Of a stretch of DNA of 38,782 bases, positions 36,630 to 38,782 are shown piece after piece. The stretch spans positions 1 to 38,782 of the IMG/VR virus record IMGVR_UViG_3300030433_000259, one strand, 5' to 3'. Below the pieces are notes generated by a model, which searched no databases, had not been told where the DNA came from, and saw nothing but the letters and a program-made list of their open reading frames with translations. How positions within the stretch are numbered: position 1 is the stretch's first letter; every line of letters starts with the position of its first letter. A program made the translations under genes and the position numbers. The DNA is from a virus. Lineage: Duplodnaviria > Caudoviricetes.

Positions 36630-38782
36630 GTAATGTAGTATTAAAAGGTTTTCAAAAAAGAATAATACCACAAGCATTAGATGTACCAGATAGTTCTATT
36701 GATAGATTTTTTAGAAATCCAAAATCAGAACAATTTAAACAAGGATTTATAGATGAAAATGCTGTTGCATTAACCTTTGCTTCTAAACAAGAAAAAACAC
36801 AAAAGTTTAAAAAAGATCCAAAGTATAATTTTTTATATGATGAACAATTAAAACCATACTTAGACAATATAGATTATTTTAGAAACTCTGGTAGTAAACT
36901 TGAAAGTAAATATTTAATAGAAGAACTTAAAGATAATGCTTCATTGATTGGTACTAATCCTGGTGCATATTTTATTGGTAGATTAACAGGAGGTATATTA
37001 GATCCAGTAACATATGCTGCATTTAGTATGAAAGCCTTTAGAACAGCAAGTGGTGCATATAATTTAAAGAAAATAACTGCAATAGCTGCTGCTGAAGAAT
37101 TATATAAACAAACTATAAATGCAAATAGAGAAAAAGAACTTGCTTATTTTGTTCCTCTTGGAACTGCAATAGTTACAGGATTATTAAATACTATAGGTAG
37201 ATTAAGAAGTTTTGAAGGTGGAGAAGCTATTAATAAATATAACAAACAACAATTATTAATTGATGGTAGAGAAGAAGTAGTTGCTAGAACAAAATTAAAT
37301 AATGGTGAGTTATTAGATAGTAGAATATTAGATCCCAATAATAGAACAGGACCAAAAGGTGTTGGTGCAGATGCTACTAATACTGGTGGTGCTAGATCTT
37401 ATAATGATGATTTATATGATGAAGCAATAGCTAATACACTTACTGGTTTAGAGAATACAGGAATAACACCAGTATTTAGATTATTAAAGTCACCTATTTT
37501 ACAAGTTAGAGAAATGATAACTGATATGTTAGATACAAAATTATTACAAAATAAGAATGTATTAAATACAGGATTTACTACACAGTCTATAGAATCAAAC
37601 ATAGCTAGAAAATATATTTATGTAGAAGAAGCAAGAAGAAACACTAAAACAGCTTATAAAGATTATCTAAAAAGATTGTATCAAGAAAATAATTTAGGTC
37701 AGGATTCTAAATTCAAAAAGATAGAGATGCGTTTTAAAGGTATTAAAAGTATTTCTGAAAGAGAGTTTCAAAGAAGAGTATCTTTTAGACTTGTAAATAA
37801 AGATGCTAAAGATCCTATACCAGAAGTAAATAAAGCTGCAAGTTATTTAAGAGAAAACTTTTTTACAAGAATAGGTAGAGAAGCAGACGCAGAAGAATTA
37901 TTTAGTATTTATTCTAGAGTAATTATAGCTGGATTAAAAAGAACAAGAGATAAGATGAAAAAAGATGGTAAAAAAACTACAGAGCAAAGAGGTCAAACAT
38001 ATACCTTAGCACAAATAGAAAGTAGACTTGCTGATGAAGAAGCTAGATTAAATAACATAAATGCTACAGGACCACTTAGAGAAGATTATTTACCTAGATA
38101 TTGGAAAAGAGATTTAATTAGAAATAAAATAGATGATTTTAAAAGAGATTTAAGAATAGCATTAAATAATAAAGGCATATCTGTAAGTGCTAAAGAGTTA
38201 GATGAAATGGTAGAAGATATAGCTACCAGTACACCATTTAATAAATTACCTAGAGATGCTATGCGCCCAGATGAAACATTTGATTTGTCATTTGCATTTC
38301 AACCATCAGGAGTATCAAAGCATTTAAAAAATAGACTTATGATACTAGATGATGCGTATTTAATGCAAAGAGGTTGGATGGAAAGTAATATAAACATTAT
38401 TACTAAACAATATTTTAACTCTATTATGCCTGACATAGAAATATCTAAAGTATTTGGTGATGTAGCTATGATGGGATTAAAAGGTCCAAATGCTGGATAT
38501 AGACCAAGTATACCTCAAATAGCTATGGAGTGGGATGCTTACATAAATAAAGTAGCACCAGCTGGTACAAGACCAAAACTAAGAGCAGATCTTATAAAGA
38601 AAAAAGAAAATGAAATAAGAGATATAGAAGCTAGTAGAGATTTACTTAGAGGTACATATGGACTAACTGCTAATCCAGAATCAGGTATGCAGTCAGGTAT
38701 TAGAACATTAAAGAATATACAGAATATGATTTTTCTATCAGGATTCTTATCTGCTGCTCCTGATATGGCTAGATTAATTATG
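33940..38782 (+). repeat. Diverged direct repeat, copy 2
   Basis: Aligns to 1-4882. Confidence 0.97.
36626..38782 (+). CDS. Large internal virion protein (gp16-like), 3'-truncated, allele B (not in ORF track)
   Basis: ATGA overlap at 36626; colinear with 2726-4882 at offset 33900; runs off the window end. Confidence 0.8.
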   Translation, partial: MSNVVLKGFQKRIIPQALDVPDSSIDRFFRNPKSEQFKQGFIDENAVALTFASKQEKTQKFKKDPKYNFLYDEQLKPYLDNIDYFRNSGSKLESKYLIEELKDNASLIGTNPGAYFIGRLTGGILDPVTYAAFSMKAFRTASGAYNLKKITAIAAAEELYKQTINANREKELAYFVPLGTAIVTGLLNTIGRLRSFEGGEAINKYNKQQLLIDGREEVVARTKLNNGELLDSRILDPNNRTGPKGVGADATNTGGARSYNDDLYDEAIANTLTGLENTGITPVFRLLKSPILQVREMITDMLDTKLLQNKNVLNTGFTTQSIESNIARKYIYVEEARRNTKTAYKDYLKRLYQENNLGQDSKFKKIEMRFKGIKSISEREFQRRVSFRLVNKDAKDPIPEVNKAASYLRENFFTRIGREADAEELFSIYSRVIIAGLKRTRDKMKKDGKKTTEQRGQTYTLAQIESRLADEEARLNNINATGPLREDYLPRYWKRDLIRNKIDDFKRDLRIALNNKGISVSAKELDEMVEDIATSTPFNKLPRDAMRPDETFDLSFAFQPSGVSKHLKNRLMILDDAYLMQRGWMESNINIITKQYFNSIMPDIEISKVFGDVAMMGLKGPNAGYRPSIPQIAMEWDAYINKVAPAGTRPKLRADLIKKKENEIRDIEASRDLLRGTYGLTANPESGMQSGIRTLKNIQNMIFLSGFLSAAPDMARLIM

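Larger units (their letters stand above)
1..38782. mobile_element. Near-complete podovirus genome (unit ~33.9 kb, over-read into a diverged second copy); BPP-1/T7-like virion module, HTVC010P-type-like
   Basis: terS-terL-portal-scaffold-MCP-tail tube A/B-ejection proteins-tail fibre-lysis order; no host genes; sequence wraps at 33940. Confidence 0.93.

Noticed and set aside
2719-37602. Many antisense or alternate-frame ORFs in the track (e.g. 2974-3219, 6361-6783, 15638-15859, 27346-27771, 29135-29488, 37144-37338)
   Set aside because: Shadows of well-supported genes, with no recognisable motifs.
1-38782. Diversity-generating retroelement (the virion genes are BPP-1-like and a diverged repeat exists)
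   Set aside because: No reverse transcriptase ORF seen; differences between the repeat copies involve all bases and indels over 4.9 kb, not adenine-specific changes in a short TR/VR pair.

Overview
The window is essentially a complete, AT-rich, apparently lytic podovirus genome with a unit length of about 33.9 kb, read about 1.14 times round. Its BPP-1/T7-like virion module and gene style resemble marine HTVC010P-type alphaproteobacterial phages; that host and group assignment is inference. The + strand carries terS, a run of tiny basic proteins, terL, portal, scaffold, major capsid, tail tubes A/B, three ejection proteins, a tail fibre, four C1q-domain receptor-binding paralogs, a lysis cassette, a metallophosphoesterase and a Ref/DUF968-like nuclease. 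The - strand carries an early block of small unknowns plus DUF932, DUF3310, YqaJ exonuclease, Sak/Rad52 annealase and SSB. I recognised no DNA polymerase, primase, helicase, initiator, integrase or repressor. Positions 1-4882 recur at 33940-38782 as a diverged allele; the first exactly 77 bp are identical, which suggests two strains joined by assembly. The most unusual signals are non-coding. One is a ~285-nt multi-branched fold with GNRA loops, an extended -10 and a terminator at the early/late divergence (20770-21054). The other is a ~360-nt structured-RNA cluster after ssb, containing a manA-like RNA and a second unassigned pseudoknot. All family calls are by eye; no searches or folding programs were run.
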